Below, piece after piece: positions 28,190 through 40,718 of a stretch of 64,000 nt of DNA (the first letter of the stretch is position 1; every line of letters starts with the position of its first letter). Below the pieces are notes generated by a model. It was not told where the DNA came from, did no database searches, and saw only the letters and a list, made by a program, of their open reading frames with translations. Origin of the DNA: Octopus vulgaris (Eukaryota); assembly GCA_951406725.2 (NCBI GenBank), contig OX597815.1:36890001-36954000 (forward strand), read 5' to 3'. Both the position numbers and the translations under genes were made by a program.

Positions 28190-28292
28190 CTGATATGGAA
28201 GGTATATCTAAACTTGGCGAGTTATACATTGGTGGTAAGATAAAAGAGTATTCACAAGAGAAATCTTTGTAAAAATCTTGAAGGTCATTCAT
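28190..28292 (-). CDS. MARF1: Probable first coding exon of MARF1, with a GC donor
   Basis: ATG at 28292 with an in-frame TAA three codons upstream. MNDLQDFYKDFSCEYSFILPPMYNSPSLDIPSIS is open to CAG|gcaagt. Phase 1 matches the next exon. No homology support for this peptide. Confidence 0.6.
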
Positions 28293-28589
28293 TGAGAATT
28301 AATTTTAGTTTTGTTCTCTTACGTCCCGAATGTTCAGTAATTTAAAATGGATGGAAAGTAAAAATTTACTATTTTTAGGTGCAGTACACACACTGAATCT
28401 CCAGAAAAGAAATTATTAAAAGTAATAAGCACTCTAGATATAAAAAAGGAAAATAATGCAGCTTCTTTCTCATTTAAATATTTTGACTAGGAAATAAAAT
28501 TTGCATATCAACACACAAGTTTTAAAGTGTAATCTTATTTTGCTGCTTATCAGCAGTTCAATTGTGCTTTCTCTCTGTGAGAGATGGCA

Positions 28590-30003
28590 GGGTATTCCTC
28601 AATTAACTCTGTTTATTCAGATATCAGCGAATTGTCGTCATTGGAAGAGGAGCTCGTGAGAGCTGTAAAGAAAATGGATAGGCATTTGGACTGAAAGACC
28701 TTCGCGGAAGCCACAGAAATTCGTAAAAAGGAGGTAAATGTGAAGAATCTGAGACGGTTCGAAAACCTGGTGGATAGGGATGGTGGCGATGTTAAATTGT
28801 CACCGCCCGAGGTAAAAATGGAGAGGTCATTGTCTACAAGGTGTACTCAGCGGAAGAAAAGATCACTTTAGAGTCAACAGAAGTAATCGAGAAAGCATTG
28901 AGGCCAATTTGGCGAGATATAACTAACCTTGCCAGAGGAAGCCGTTTCGGAACAGTGAGCGTTCATTTCAAAAGCATCAAGAAAGCAAGGGAACACTGAG
29001 TAACACTCCTGAAGACGGACAAAGCAGTCCTCCTTCCAATGTGCATGGGTGGAAGGAATTCCCCAAGAAATAAACGTGGCTTGGGTGGCGGCCGCAGTAC
29101 TTCTAGGAAGCGAAGAGGAAGTGACAGCGATCCAGGCCACAGAGACAGAGGCCACGAACTGGCAAGGTAAGGCTCTTGAAATCATAATTCAGTGCGCTAC
29201 GAAATATTTGGAAAAAACGGTCGACCATAACGATAGGTGAAGTGGTGTTGAGAGAATGAGTGGAGGGTAGAATCCCTCGCGGCCACAAATGTTTCCAAAA
29301 GGGCCACATCAGAGCAGATTGCCCTGAGAAAAAGAAAACCGGGAGAAAGAACGGAAGGAACCAGAGAAGGTGGAAGGAATAGCAAAGAAGTAGGAAGAAA
29401 TATGGAAGGTGGTGAAGCAGAGAAAAGGGAAAAAAAATAAGTCTAGATGAACAGGAACCCCAACCCATACCCTCTTAAACCCACCCTAACTCGGCAGACA
29501 CCAAACCCCCATTCCCCTCCTACACAGAGAAAAAGAAAAACAGTTACCACAGAATGTACAAAATACCCCTCCCAGTGTGATATGCTGTGCTTGTGCAATT
29601 ACGGAGGATATAGATGAGGAACTTCATAACAACGTGGAAAAATGTAAAGTTTGTAGAATTATAGGAGTGCACGAACATAGTAGGATGGCACCTGTGTATA
29701 CTGATGTCAGAAAAACAAAAGGAAGAAATAGCTAAATTTAAGACAGGACAGGAATGCCGGAGGATAAGCGTGGATATTAATAAAATACAGGACAATGTGA
29801 CATACAAGGAGCTAAAGGAAGAATACGGTATAGATATACTGAAAAACTCAAGATTTAAAAGATAAAATGGAAGTAAGTGATGCTTGACGTGGGGCAAGCT
29901 GCACATTTTCATTATCGTTTTCATATCATATTTTATCGTAATTTTTTTTGTGTCGTGTGTCCTCACATGTTTGTGTTGTCTCCTTGTGGGCAATAAAGAA
30001 ATA
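28590..30003 (+). mobile_element. Decayed non-LTR retroelement with a gag-like ORF1 only (L1/Tx1-like)
   Basis: EGRIPR-GHKCFQKGHIRADC degenerate zinc knuckle at 29281-29322; purine-rich strand; 3' tail CCTTGTGGGCAATAAAGAAATA. 5' border is approximate. Confidence 0.6.
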
Positions 30004-30014
30004 AGATTTTAATT

Positions 30015-31867
30015 ATGTTTGTCTCCTTTTTTTGAGGTGCGTGTCTTTCATTTTTGCTATAAGTCTTTTGTGTAAACAGTTGTGTTGTTTTTGTTACTGC
30101 TTGCAGCAATTTTTGTGTAAAGCCATCAGTGTTTGGTGGTGGTGAATTGTCGGTGATGTGAAGTTATGCCGCGGCAACGAAGAGCCGACCTTCTGTCAGC
30201 CCGAGGGTGCTGAAGCAGGAATTGTGGCGTGATAAGGAAGAGCTGTACAAGAAATATAAAAAAACATGGTGAGGAGAGAGGGGGGTCGAATATCAAGTTA
30301 ACCCTACCAGAGAGAAAAATTGAAAATGGAGAACAGAACAATAACATACAGAACTTTTTCGAACAAGAGTAGAAGACTCGAAAACGCGCCACAAGAAGAA
30401 ATAATGAAGTAATGGAGGATTACTTTAAAGACAAAACCTCGTTCTATACGAGAGGTAAATAATACGCATTAGTGGAGATTACTTGTGTGCAGGAGGAAGA
30501 TGCAGAAAAATACGCCTCTTAGGTAAAGTTCGGTGTGAAATGGATATTGATAGCTAATTTTGACGGACGAGTGTGTACAGTTAGGGCGAGCAGGATCCCA
30601 CCACGCATTGATCCTGAATGATTACAGGAATTTTTTCTGATGATAAAGATAGAAACAATGAAAAATTGAGGATAATATTGATGGATCGAACCCAACTAAT
30701 GAATTGGTAAGGGCACGGGATTGAAGGGATTTGCGTGATGTGCCAGGATCAGTATGAAAAGATGCCAGAGACTTTGGAGCTTACCAATGGGGATAAGCTG
30801 GAGATAATGTTGGTGGGGGAGACCTAAGTGTTACGAGTGCGGCGAAAGGAGGCACTTAAAAAGGAAGTGCCCGAGGACAGTGAATGAAATAGCAGAAAGT
30901 GAAAATAAAGAAAAGGAAAGAGAGGAGGAACAGCTGATGGAACAAGATTTCGTGGAGGTAAAATCGAGAAAAAGAGAGAGGAAGAGGTCGCCAACGACGA
31001 TAGAACATAAACAGACCAGTCAGCAATGTTAAGTAAAAAGAGTACACCAATAGGATCTACAATTAAAAATGACACAGACGGGGCAGTGCTAGACAAACAT
31101 ACAGACTTCCAAGCATACAAAAATTCAGACCTACACACATAAACACGAAGACAGGCAGAGACGCAGAAATATAGACAAACAGACACTAGAAAAACCAGAA
31201 TTACAGAAACTGAAAAGCACAGACGTACTTACGAAACACGCAGATTAAGTCACACAAACAGACACTCACAGATACACAAACACTCAGGTAAGTCTCAAAA
31301 AAGCACAAACACAGAATCGTAAAAACAAAAACACAGAACAACAGACACATAGCACAGACACGCAAGACAGAAACAGAAATAAAATTTTACTAGTAATGTA
31401 TAGGACAACACTAAAAACAGAAAAATTGCGAAATTGAAAGGAATTGTGAAAATAAATCTAGAAGGGTATGCCAAAGATATGAAATGTATCTTGACTGACG
31501 AAGTGAAGTACAGTTCATTAAAGGAGGCGTTTCCTTCAGCTGTAAATCCACTGGGGCCGGAGGTGGACATTAAACCTCGCGCTCTGGTGATGGAGATTAA
31601 AGAAAGGATAAAATGGTGAGTGACATTTGTTTTGAAGACTGCGAATAGACTTTGGTAAATCTTTTAAACACTTTGGTTTAAAAAAAAAGTGCAAACATTT
31701 GTAAAAGTTTTCTTAAAGTTTAAAAAAGAGAAAATCTCGTAGACATCTTGGAGTGGGGCCGGGATGTCTTTTTAAAATCATTTTCATTATAATTATTTCA
31801 TCCCATACATCTTTTTATGTGTTTTTGTCCCCTCTGTGTTTGGCTCTTGTGGCTTGTAATAAAACCC
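30015..31867 (+). mobile_element. Second ORF1-only retroelement, with candidate 10-bp TSD
   Basis: CYECGERRHLKRKC (CX2CX4HX4C) at 30829-30870; similar 3' UTR and tail. Flanked by GATTTTAATT at 30005-30014 and 31868-31877. Confidence 0.62.
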
Positions 31868-32333
31868 GATTTTAATTGTTTTTGTAAGGGAGGAACAGAG
31901 GCAAAGGACATTGATAGCAGAATATTTCAGCTACCCATTTTATCAATTTGAGTTAAGAAGGCAAAGTTGACTGAAGCAAAATTTGAACTGCTTTGTCCAG
32001 TTTAATTATTTCTTTTTTTTTTCTCATTGTTAAAATGACCACATGAAGAATGTGATTGAAAAATTCAGTTAAGTCAACCTCAGTATGTTATCGATATGTA
32101 TTTTAGTGATTGGACAAGAACCTTTATTTTCAGTGTAATATTACCAATAAGAGAGTCTCATTATAGTTACTAAAACTGTTAGAAATATCAACTAAATACT
32201 TCCTACCAACAATGCCTTTCCCTCTTGGATAATGTCTTCAACTGCATTATCTGAAGATAAGATAAACTGGTCATGGCTGGAATGCTTATATTGTAGAATT
32301 CCTTGAACAATGATGACTTTACTTACATTTTTC

Positions 32334-32733
32334 GGATCTTTTCGGTTTGAGCGGCAGTTTTTTCTAGCGGTGTCTTATGAAATTGTCACCCATAATTATG
32401 ACCCTAGTATCGATCTATTACATTTCAATCTGTTTTAGGGTTAGGGGTGGGGGGAAGGGTATTTTTTTTTCTTCAGAAATGTAAATAAACCCAATCTGTT
32501 TCTTAAACGAGGGACATATTAATACGGCACAGAATGTTTTCACCTCAATAGACGTCATTGATTAGTTGAAATTGAAGAAAAAACAAGAAATATCTTACAA
32601 ACTATAGAATTTTCTCAATAAAGCCAAGAGAAAAAGATGTTTTATAAACACATTCTACTAGTATACGAAGTTCAAAAGTATTTAGTTATGTGGAAATTAT
32701 TTTAAAAAACTGCCGTTCAAACCGAAAAGATCC
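32334..32733. mobile_element. GG-ended MITE (Merlin-like) with 8-bp TSD
   Basis: TIR GGATCTTTTCGGTTTGA(A/G)CGGCAGTTTTT; TSD CATTTTTC on both sides; internal TTAGGG repeats. Confidence 0.9.
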
Positions 32734-34036
32734 CATTTTTCATGTGGTCAGCCTTAATTAAAAAAAAAAAATTGGATAGGGAGTTCCAATTTTATTCAAG
32801 TCAACTTGCTCCACTCCCCTTCTGAGTTGATAAAAATCAGTACATGAAATATGCTGATATCAATGCTCAACATGACTCTTCCAAAATTTACTTGTGCTAT
32901 TTTAAAACAAATCAAACTATGTAATGATAAACATAGATTAGTAAAAGCTAATGTGTTTCTCAATTCTAAGGGAATGAAAGCCAAGTAATGTATATTCAAA
33001 ATTTGAACCTGGAAAGGGTGTTAGGAATAAAGTCTGTGTTCTACCAGCTAATTTCACCATTTTATTAGTATATTACGTAATTACATAACTCTTTCGAAAA
33101 GTCTAGGGGTGATATAGTTGACTAGATCAATTCCAACATATTGCTGTTGTGCATCTGGAACTCTGCAAGAATAAAATAGTCCTTCTTTAGGTACTGTAAA
33201 ATATGATGCTATAAACATTGTTTTTAGTTCAGTTTTATACCATTTCCACTAATCTATTGTTGCTTTTGTTTAGTCCCGGATCAGTTACAAGGCAGACCTA
33301 GGATTAAAAATGTTTGTTGTGCTTATTTTTGGTGTATACAGGACTACATTAATCCAATCTCTTTAAGATGGCTAAGTATGATTCAAAGGAAATTTGGCTG
33401 TAATTTTTAGGGACTTAAATAACCATACAGACCCTCTAACTAGTTTGTTGCTTTTATTTTTATGTTGTACAATGTAAGTATAAAAGAACTTGGTCAGAAA
33501 ATTTATAACAAGCTAGAACTATTTATTCATTTGAGAAATACATGCCTATAATAACTCTTACATGTGGAGACCACATGTAAGAAATAATTTCATCTAAAAA
33601 AAAAAAAAAAAGTCAGAACTCCAATGACCTAGGAATTTGGAACAACCTAATGACTGGTTTCTTTTTATGTTAACCTGTTGAACAATCATCACAATACAAA
33701 TAATGGAATAGACCTAAGCCAAATAAATATTGGGGTAGGGGTAAGTCAATTACATTGATTCCAGTATTCAGCTGGTACTTATTTTATTGACCCCTCTCCC
33801 CTCAAAATTCAGGACATAAAGATGGATGACATGCCGCTTAGCATCTTGCTTGGTGTTCTAAGGATTCTGCTAGTTTACTGCCTTTCAAACAGTGGCTGAG
33901 TAGCCACCACAGAGAATTGAATGCCATATGTCTCAACTCCTGGTCAAATGCTCACAAGCCAAATAAATATTAAAAAACATTAAAATCCATTTTCTAATCA
34001 TATGTAACAGTCAATTGTTTAATTTTTCTTACTTAA

Positions 34037-34247
34037 ACCTTTTGTTACTGTATTTTGAGATGCTCTGTGTTTCTTTCAATTACTTTACTTTAACTATAAC
34101 AAAGAATTTAGTAAAATAACTTAATTATAATTCAGCTCGTGTTAGGAACATAAATTGTGACTAGGGTTTGGTGGAAGATTTTAATTCAAAACTTATGAAA
34201 ACAAGACATTTGTACTCAGAACCAGAGCCAACTTAGTAACGAAAGGG
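34037..34247. mobile_element. piggyBac-like MITE, second copy
   Basis: Same internal sequence and TTAA flanks as 22603-22820. Confidence 0.8.
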
Positions 34248-34756
34248 TTAAAGACATTCATAAATATCTGATAAAATTAAATTGACTTCTGGGCCAGCAA
34301 TGTCAAAGATAGCCCTGGTTTTGTATTGCCTTTTAAAGTTGTTTGACTTGATTTGAACTCAGCACAGTAAGCTAACAATTCACTTAATTATACAGATTTT
34401 TTTTAAGGCCCATTGAAATAGAGATTGTAGAGAACCAAACAAAACAATATTTAGTTTTGTTCTTTGTGGTTTTTATTTCAAAACTTGTCAGTTAAACCTG
34501 TCTTTCATTCCTATATTGATAAAATACAAGTCATACTTTGACTAATTCTACAGAATATATCCTTATGTACACAGTTGTTCGAAGTATAAAGAAATAAATA
34601 TAAAGCCTTCAATTCTTTTAACAGTGGATTGGACCATAACATGATAATGATGTACATGTTGGTGGAGTGAATTCTTATGAAGTATTTTTATAAGGAAATT
34701 TAGCATCCCTTGTTCAATAAATGCAAACCATTAATTCTTTGGCAGATAAATGGTGC

Positions 34757-35353
34757 GACCTCACCTGGAATTTGTATCACCAGTCTGGAACCCCTATCTT
34801 GCCCAGGATATTAATCGTCTGGAAGCCGTTCAGCGATGTACAACCAAGAGAATACCCTCCATCAAGCGTTTGCCATATTCTGAATGCCTTACTTCCCTGG
34901 GCATGGATACATTGAAACTCTGACGTCTGGCAGCTGACTTGGCAGACATCCATAAAATTATTAACCATCTTACAAACAATAACTCTGAGTACCTTTTCAA
35001 ATTCCACCTGTCTAACACCCGTGGACATGTTTACAAAGTCAGAAAACAGCACAGCTCCCATGAATTTCGGAAACATTTTTTCACGCTAAGAGTTGCTGAA
35101 GCATGGAACAAACTGCCGGCATCAGTTGTTAGTTGTCGGAGCACTGCATCCTTCAAAACTTCTATGCTTCCTGAGATTCACCAACACTACACCTGATTTT
35201 CTTCCCTCCATACACACGCAAGCATGTATCTGACTCATACACTGTTCACTTTCCAGACATTTGTACATTGCTGCATATGCTTTATACGCACTTTTGACAA
35301 GTTGTGGTGCACCTGAGCACTGTATACAATAATTTCATTATTATTATTATTAT
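34757..35353 (+). mobile_element. 5'-truncated CR1-like LINE 3' end with (ATT)n tail
   Basis: NTRGHVYKVRKQ...RKHFFTLRVAEAWNKLPASVV is the CR1-group C-terminal signature; microsatellite tail. Confidence 0.88.
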
Positions 35354-36146
35354 TTAAATCTGCATTCTAATTACTTGATCTCACTAAAACTACATCTGAA
35401 AAGGAGGAGGAAGTAAAGGAAGGATGTTGAGACAAATATCAATTTATTTCAAGATGATTTGATGCCATGTAGATGTAGCGTATTCTGTTTGAGAACTATA
35501 GCACAAAGGTAGTTGGCTGAGCAACTTAATGAGATCTGTAGCGCCAGTACTCTAGCTATATTTAGTCTCTGCCAATTTGAAAACTACACTGTTCCTACAA
35601 TAGTTGTTCCAAGTGAAGTCCAGTTAAATGAACCTAAAATTTAAAGAGTGTTACCATTGTGACTATCCTGTCTTTTGTATATCTACGGCTACATTGTTCA
35701 ATGTGTACTTACATTTCTATTAAAGAAAGTATGATTTAAGGATGATTCAGCTGCTATTTCTAGCATGCCAATTGATTATGTAGAGGCTCCTTATTGTATG
35801 GGCAACAGTCTGGGCCTGTTGCATTTTCTCCTCTATCCAGTCTGTTTTGTTATTTCTTAAGGCACTGATTTCCCAGAGGTAAAAATAGCTAAATCTTTTG
35901 AGCTACTCTGTTCTTAAAAAAGAAAAAGCACATTGGTTTACTCTCTCTCTTTTACTTGTTTCAGTCATTTGACTGCGGCCATGCTGGAGCACTGCCTTTT
36001 AGTCGAGCAAATCGACCCCGGGACTTATTCTTTGTAAGCCCAGTACTTATTCTATCAGTCTCTTTTGCCGAACTGCTAAGTGACGGGCTTTAGATTTGTA
36101 ATATAGCTTCTGGTTAAAATATTTATGGCAAAAACTAAAAATCTTT

Positions 36147-36545
36147 GGATCTTTTCGGTTTGAACGGCAATTTTTTTCTAGCGGTGTCATATGAAATTGT
36201 CACCCATAATTATGACCCTAGTATCGATCTATTGCATTTCAATCTGTTTTAGGGTTAGGGGTGGGGGGAAGGGTATCTTTTTTCTTCACAAATGTAAATA
36301 AACCCAATCCGTTTCTTAAACGAGGGACATATTCATACGGCACAGAATGTTTTCACCTCAGTAGACGTCATTGATTGGTTGAAATTGCAGAAAAAAACAA
36401 CAAATATTTTATAAACTATAGAATTTTCTCAATAAAGCCAAGAGAAAAATGTTTTATAAATACATACTACCAGTATATGAAGTTTAAAAGTGTTTAGTTA
36501 CGTGGAAATTATTTTAAAAAACTGCCATTCAAACCGAAAAGATCC
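36147..36545. mobile_element. GG-ended MITE copy with 8-bp TSD
   Basis: Same element as 32334-32733; TSD AAATCTTT. Confidence 0.9.
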
Positions 36546-39500
36546 AAATCTTTTTTTTTCTGAGACCTGTTTTTGGGATCCTATAAAGATTTGAAACTGG
36601 TTGCAGATTTTTCTGACTGTAAGTTTTACATCCACTCCACACACTAAAAGAATAACAATGTTTTGTTATTTTTATTTTTTAAGATCATTAATAGGTTAAT
36701 TAAAATGAATTTGTATCTGTAGATGTAAGGATGGCTATGTGATTAAGAAGTTTGCTTCCCAACCACATAGTCTTGGGTTCAGTACCACTGCATGGCACCT
36801 AGGGAATTGTCTTCTATATCCCTGGACTGACCAAAGCCGTGTGAGTGGATTTGGTAGATGGAAACTGAAAGAATCCCATTGGGTGTGTGTATATGTATGC
36901 TTGTTTCTCCTTGTGTTACTGTCACACAAGCAGTATCATTTATTTCCAATATTCTGTGGAAACATGTGACCATAGGGAAATATTACCTTGTTTGGAAACA
37001 AATGGTGGTTGGTGACAGGAAATGCAATCAACTATAAAAGATCTGTCGCAAACTTCATCTGATGCAAGTAAAACGATGATAGTAACAAGCCAAATGGAAG
37101 GTAAAAGGTGATTTTTTTTTTTTATAAAGACAGTGAACTGAATTGGCTTCTGGATTAAGCACAAGTTTTAACAAAAAATATATTCTTTTAAATAGACACC
37201 TGTGCATTACTTATTCATGGTAGCCAAGCTGCATTTACAAGGCACATCAACTTTCTACAAATAGCAGCCAAATTATTAAGTCACCTTACTGAAATGGTAA
37301 AAAGGAGCACAACAGATAATATAGATTTTTCGTTTTGGGATTTGGTTTGCAAGATTCTTTATGAGTTCGTGTGTTGAAGCATATTCTGTTGTGTCTTGGG
37401 AGAGTCATTTTCTTTTTGTGCCTTATAATAAGAAAAAAGTGGAAATTTTATTGGTGAGTGTGTTACATTATAAGGCACAAAAAGAAAATGACTCTCCCCA
37501 GACACAGCAGAAGATAATTATAGACTTTTCTTTTAAAAAATGGAATATAGACCTGGATGCAGAATAATAGAAACAAGAGGAGATAGTCATGGCTGGAATG
37601 CTTTTGATCATACTTTTGTTTGATCAGAGATTATTAGGGCTTCATAGCAGTAACAAAAATCTTGCATTGAATTTCACACTGGTACCCCAACACCCTATCC
37701 AGTAGACTGTTATTTCAGCAAATCTTTGTGAGAAACTTGTATCAGAATTGACCACGTGCTCTGAAAGTCCAGCTGAACCAAAAGTGATCTTAGTTACTCC
37801 AGCTGTAAGGTACACTGACATTGACAAAAACAAAATACTATATAAGATATATTCTGTATCAAAACTGGTTGGCAATAGCTAACACAGACACTGACAATCT
37901 GTGGGACTTTCTGAATAGCATCCCTAATAAAAAATTACCTTGAATTTTTAGTAGTGTAACTCACCTGCAGGTAAGACATATCTCATGGAGCCCACTTTGC
38001 ATAAAAAGTTGCCTGTGTCTGATCTAATCTCCGTGCCACACCTACTGCTACAGTTTTGTTCAAAGCCAACCAAATCACCTCACTGTTGCAACTACTAACT
38101 AGAACTGTGACATGCTGTAATGTACTGATCACAGCAACTCACTAGCATTCTAATTACTGATATTATCATTCTGATCTTGCCAACTATCATCACCACTACG
38201 ATTCCAAACACTGCTACCATTATCCTGATTGCTATTAACATGACCCTTTCTACCACCACCTAAAATAGAGTTAACTGTAGCAATTAGTGATCATGAAAAA
38301 ATTATTAGATGCAGCTTAACCAAAGTCCTCAGATTAATGTTCTAATGTTAAATCACCTATCAGCTTCCAATTACATAAACATCAATAGTTGGTATCAAAG
38401 CTAGTATCTCTCAAAGTATAGTTTAAATCGTAAAATGTAAGTATAATTAATTTGAATTTATTACAATAAAGAAGATTCTGTTCTTATGTCCTATTAAATA
38501 GTTTCTAACATAGGCACATAGCCAGACATTTAGGGGAATGGCAAATTTTCAAGTTACTGTTGGAATTAATTACTTAGCATTACACAGCAATAAAAGATGT
38601 AAAGGTGTGAATATTATGTCAAATTAGATATTTTATATATCCTATGGTTTTTACAGTTCACATTTGTTGTTCCTGATATACAATGTCTCTTCCTAACCAA
38701 GGGCCGCACTGCACACTCCGACAATACTGTGATGACTCACATGGAGTGCTATGTGACAGTCCGGAGATATCCTCTCTCTCCACTGTCCAGTTGATTTCTA
38801 AAGGAATGTAATTTCTGGTGGTGGACTCAGCTGAGCACGACGGTAGTTGTTCTTTTGCACTTAGTAGTAGTACTGAGGGAATGTATCTTAATATTTACAT
38901 CAGAGATAAATCATGATAGCGTCTACAAGTTCGTCCGATCTACAAAAAAAAAAAACAACAAAAAGCAGCCAAATTTATCTCAAATTTCTTTCTAGTGTCC
39001 TACGTAAAAAGGACATCTTATATTAGGTGTTTCTGGGCACAATATGTCTAGGAGTAAGACGATAGTTACAGTTTGAATGCCTTTGATTATAGGTCTGTTT
39101 AATTAGGACTTAAGGACTTTTAGGTGTACTGGGCCTGTAAGAGTTGACTGATTTTGCTACAGATAAATGCAACATCAGTCACGTCAGGCGAACGGTCCAA
39201 ATTTTCGACAGGTAGCTTGATATACTGATTTGCCTTGATATAAATTTTCGATATGCTAAAAGCGCCGAACGTTCTATCGCAAGAAAACGGAGACAAGCGG
39301 ACGCATAAACGATATTGTTTATACAATGTCTCTTCCTAATCAATGACCGCGCTACACACTCTGACATGCTGTGATGATTCACATGGAGTTCAATGTGACA
39401 AGCAAGACAATATTTTTTTTCATTTACAAGCGATCTTGAAAAAGGAAACAATTGTATGGAAGAAATGCTGTTGGCAACGAAAATTCTAGTGTACATTTAC

Positions 39501-39602
39501 TACCAAAAGCTTAGTGGAATTAAAGTGATTTAACCTTACGTAAAAATTTTCAGATTCTCTCCATATTTTTAATTATCGAACCTCATAGAATAAAAGAGGA
39601 TA

Positions 39603-39812
39603 TATTTCTTTATTGCCCACAAGAGGCTAAACATAGAGGGGACAGACAAAGGGATTAAGTCAATCACATAGACTCCAGTGCGTAACTGGTACTTAATTTA
39701 TCGACCCCGAAAGGATGAAAGCAAAGTCGACCTCGGCGGAATGTGAACTCACAACGTAACGGCAGACGAAATGCGGCTACGCATTTCGCCCGGCGTGCTA
39801 ACGTTTCTGCCA
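39603..39812 (-). mobile_element. SINE family C copy with about 11-bp TSD
   Basis: Family C body, flanked by AAAAGAGGATA direct repeats. Confidence 0.82.
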
Positions 39813-40211
39813 AAAAAGAGGATAGTCAATTATTACCTTTTGTTGTTTCAACATACTAAGGTCATTAGTACAGGCATGGACACTACAACATTCCATTTCC
39901 ATTTTGTTCAAACATTTGAGTAATCGATTTTTCGTTAGATGGCCCATTTTAAAAGTTCTTACGACCAGAATTAAGAGGCTAGGAAATAGCCGATGAATAT
40001 ATCCGTAAATATAGATATAAGAATGTCTAGCATGAAAGTTTAATTTAACTTCCACTGTTCACTGGTCTAGATTTGATCACATTCTCTCTGCGGCGGAGGT
40101 AAAGAATATGCTTACCACCCGTTTTCGGCCTAACCATAAACACCGTATTCTTTACCTGCAACGTCTTTGCTATCCGACACTTGAGGACTTCAAACATGTG
40201 GTGTTCGTTTT

Positions 40212-40403
40212 TAGCTTAGCGGTATTTCGTCTGCGTTACGTTGTGAGTTCAAATTCCGCCGAGGTCGACTTTGCCTTTCATCCTTTCGGGGTCGATAAAT
40301 TAAGTACCAGTTACGCACTGAGGTCGATGTAATCGACTTAATACCTTTGTCTGTCCTTGTTTGTCCTCTCTGTGTTTAGCTCCTTGTGGGTAATAAAGAA
40401 ATA
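40212..40403 (+). mobile_element. SINE family C copy just upstream of the HSF-like gene
   Basis: Family C body and tail, followed by GGTATTTCGT. Confidence 0.82.
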
Positions 40404-40539
40404 GGTATTTCGTTCTATTAAGAGATTAATTACAGTGAGACAAAATACAGACGAAAAATGGCCTTGTACATTCATAGATTTATTCATAGATTTGTCTTGT
40501 GTTTGACGATACATATATTAAAAAGTGTTAAGTTCTACT

Positions 40540-40700
40540 TCTGAAACGCAGTCACATGGCTAACATCCGGTTTACTCGTGAAAACCCCACGAGCAAAGAA
40601 CTAACGGACATGCGTTCAGCGAGACTCGTGTTTCGCTGCACTATGTTGCTATGTAGTATACGGAAAAAGAATCACAAAACAATATATATGTTTGCCAACT
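40540..40700 (+). promoter_or_regulatory. Probable proximal promoter of the HSF-like gene
   Basis: CpG-retaining stretch with ETS-like ACATCCGGT (40563), inverted CTCGTG/CACGAG pair, MYB-like TAACGG (40602) and a 4-codon uORF at 40688-40702. These short motifs could arise by chance. Confidence 0.4.
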
Positions 40701-40718
40701 AAATTACAACAAGTCAAA

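Noticed and set aside
38690-38830. Telomerase RNA template (CCTAACC) or Sm-site snRNA (AATTTCTGG)
   Set aside because: The template is too short for TTAGGG synthesis with realignment, and the flanks do not match U1, U4, U11 or U12 as I recall them.
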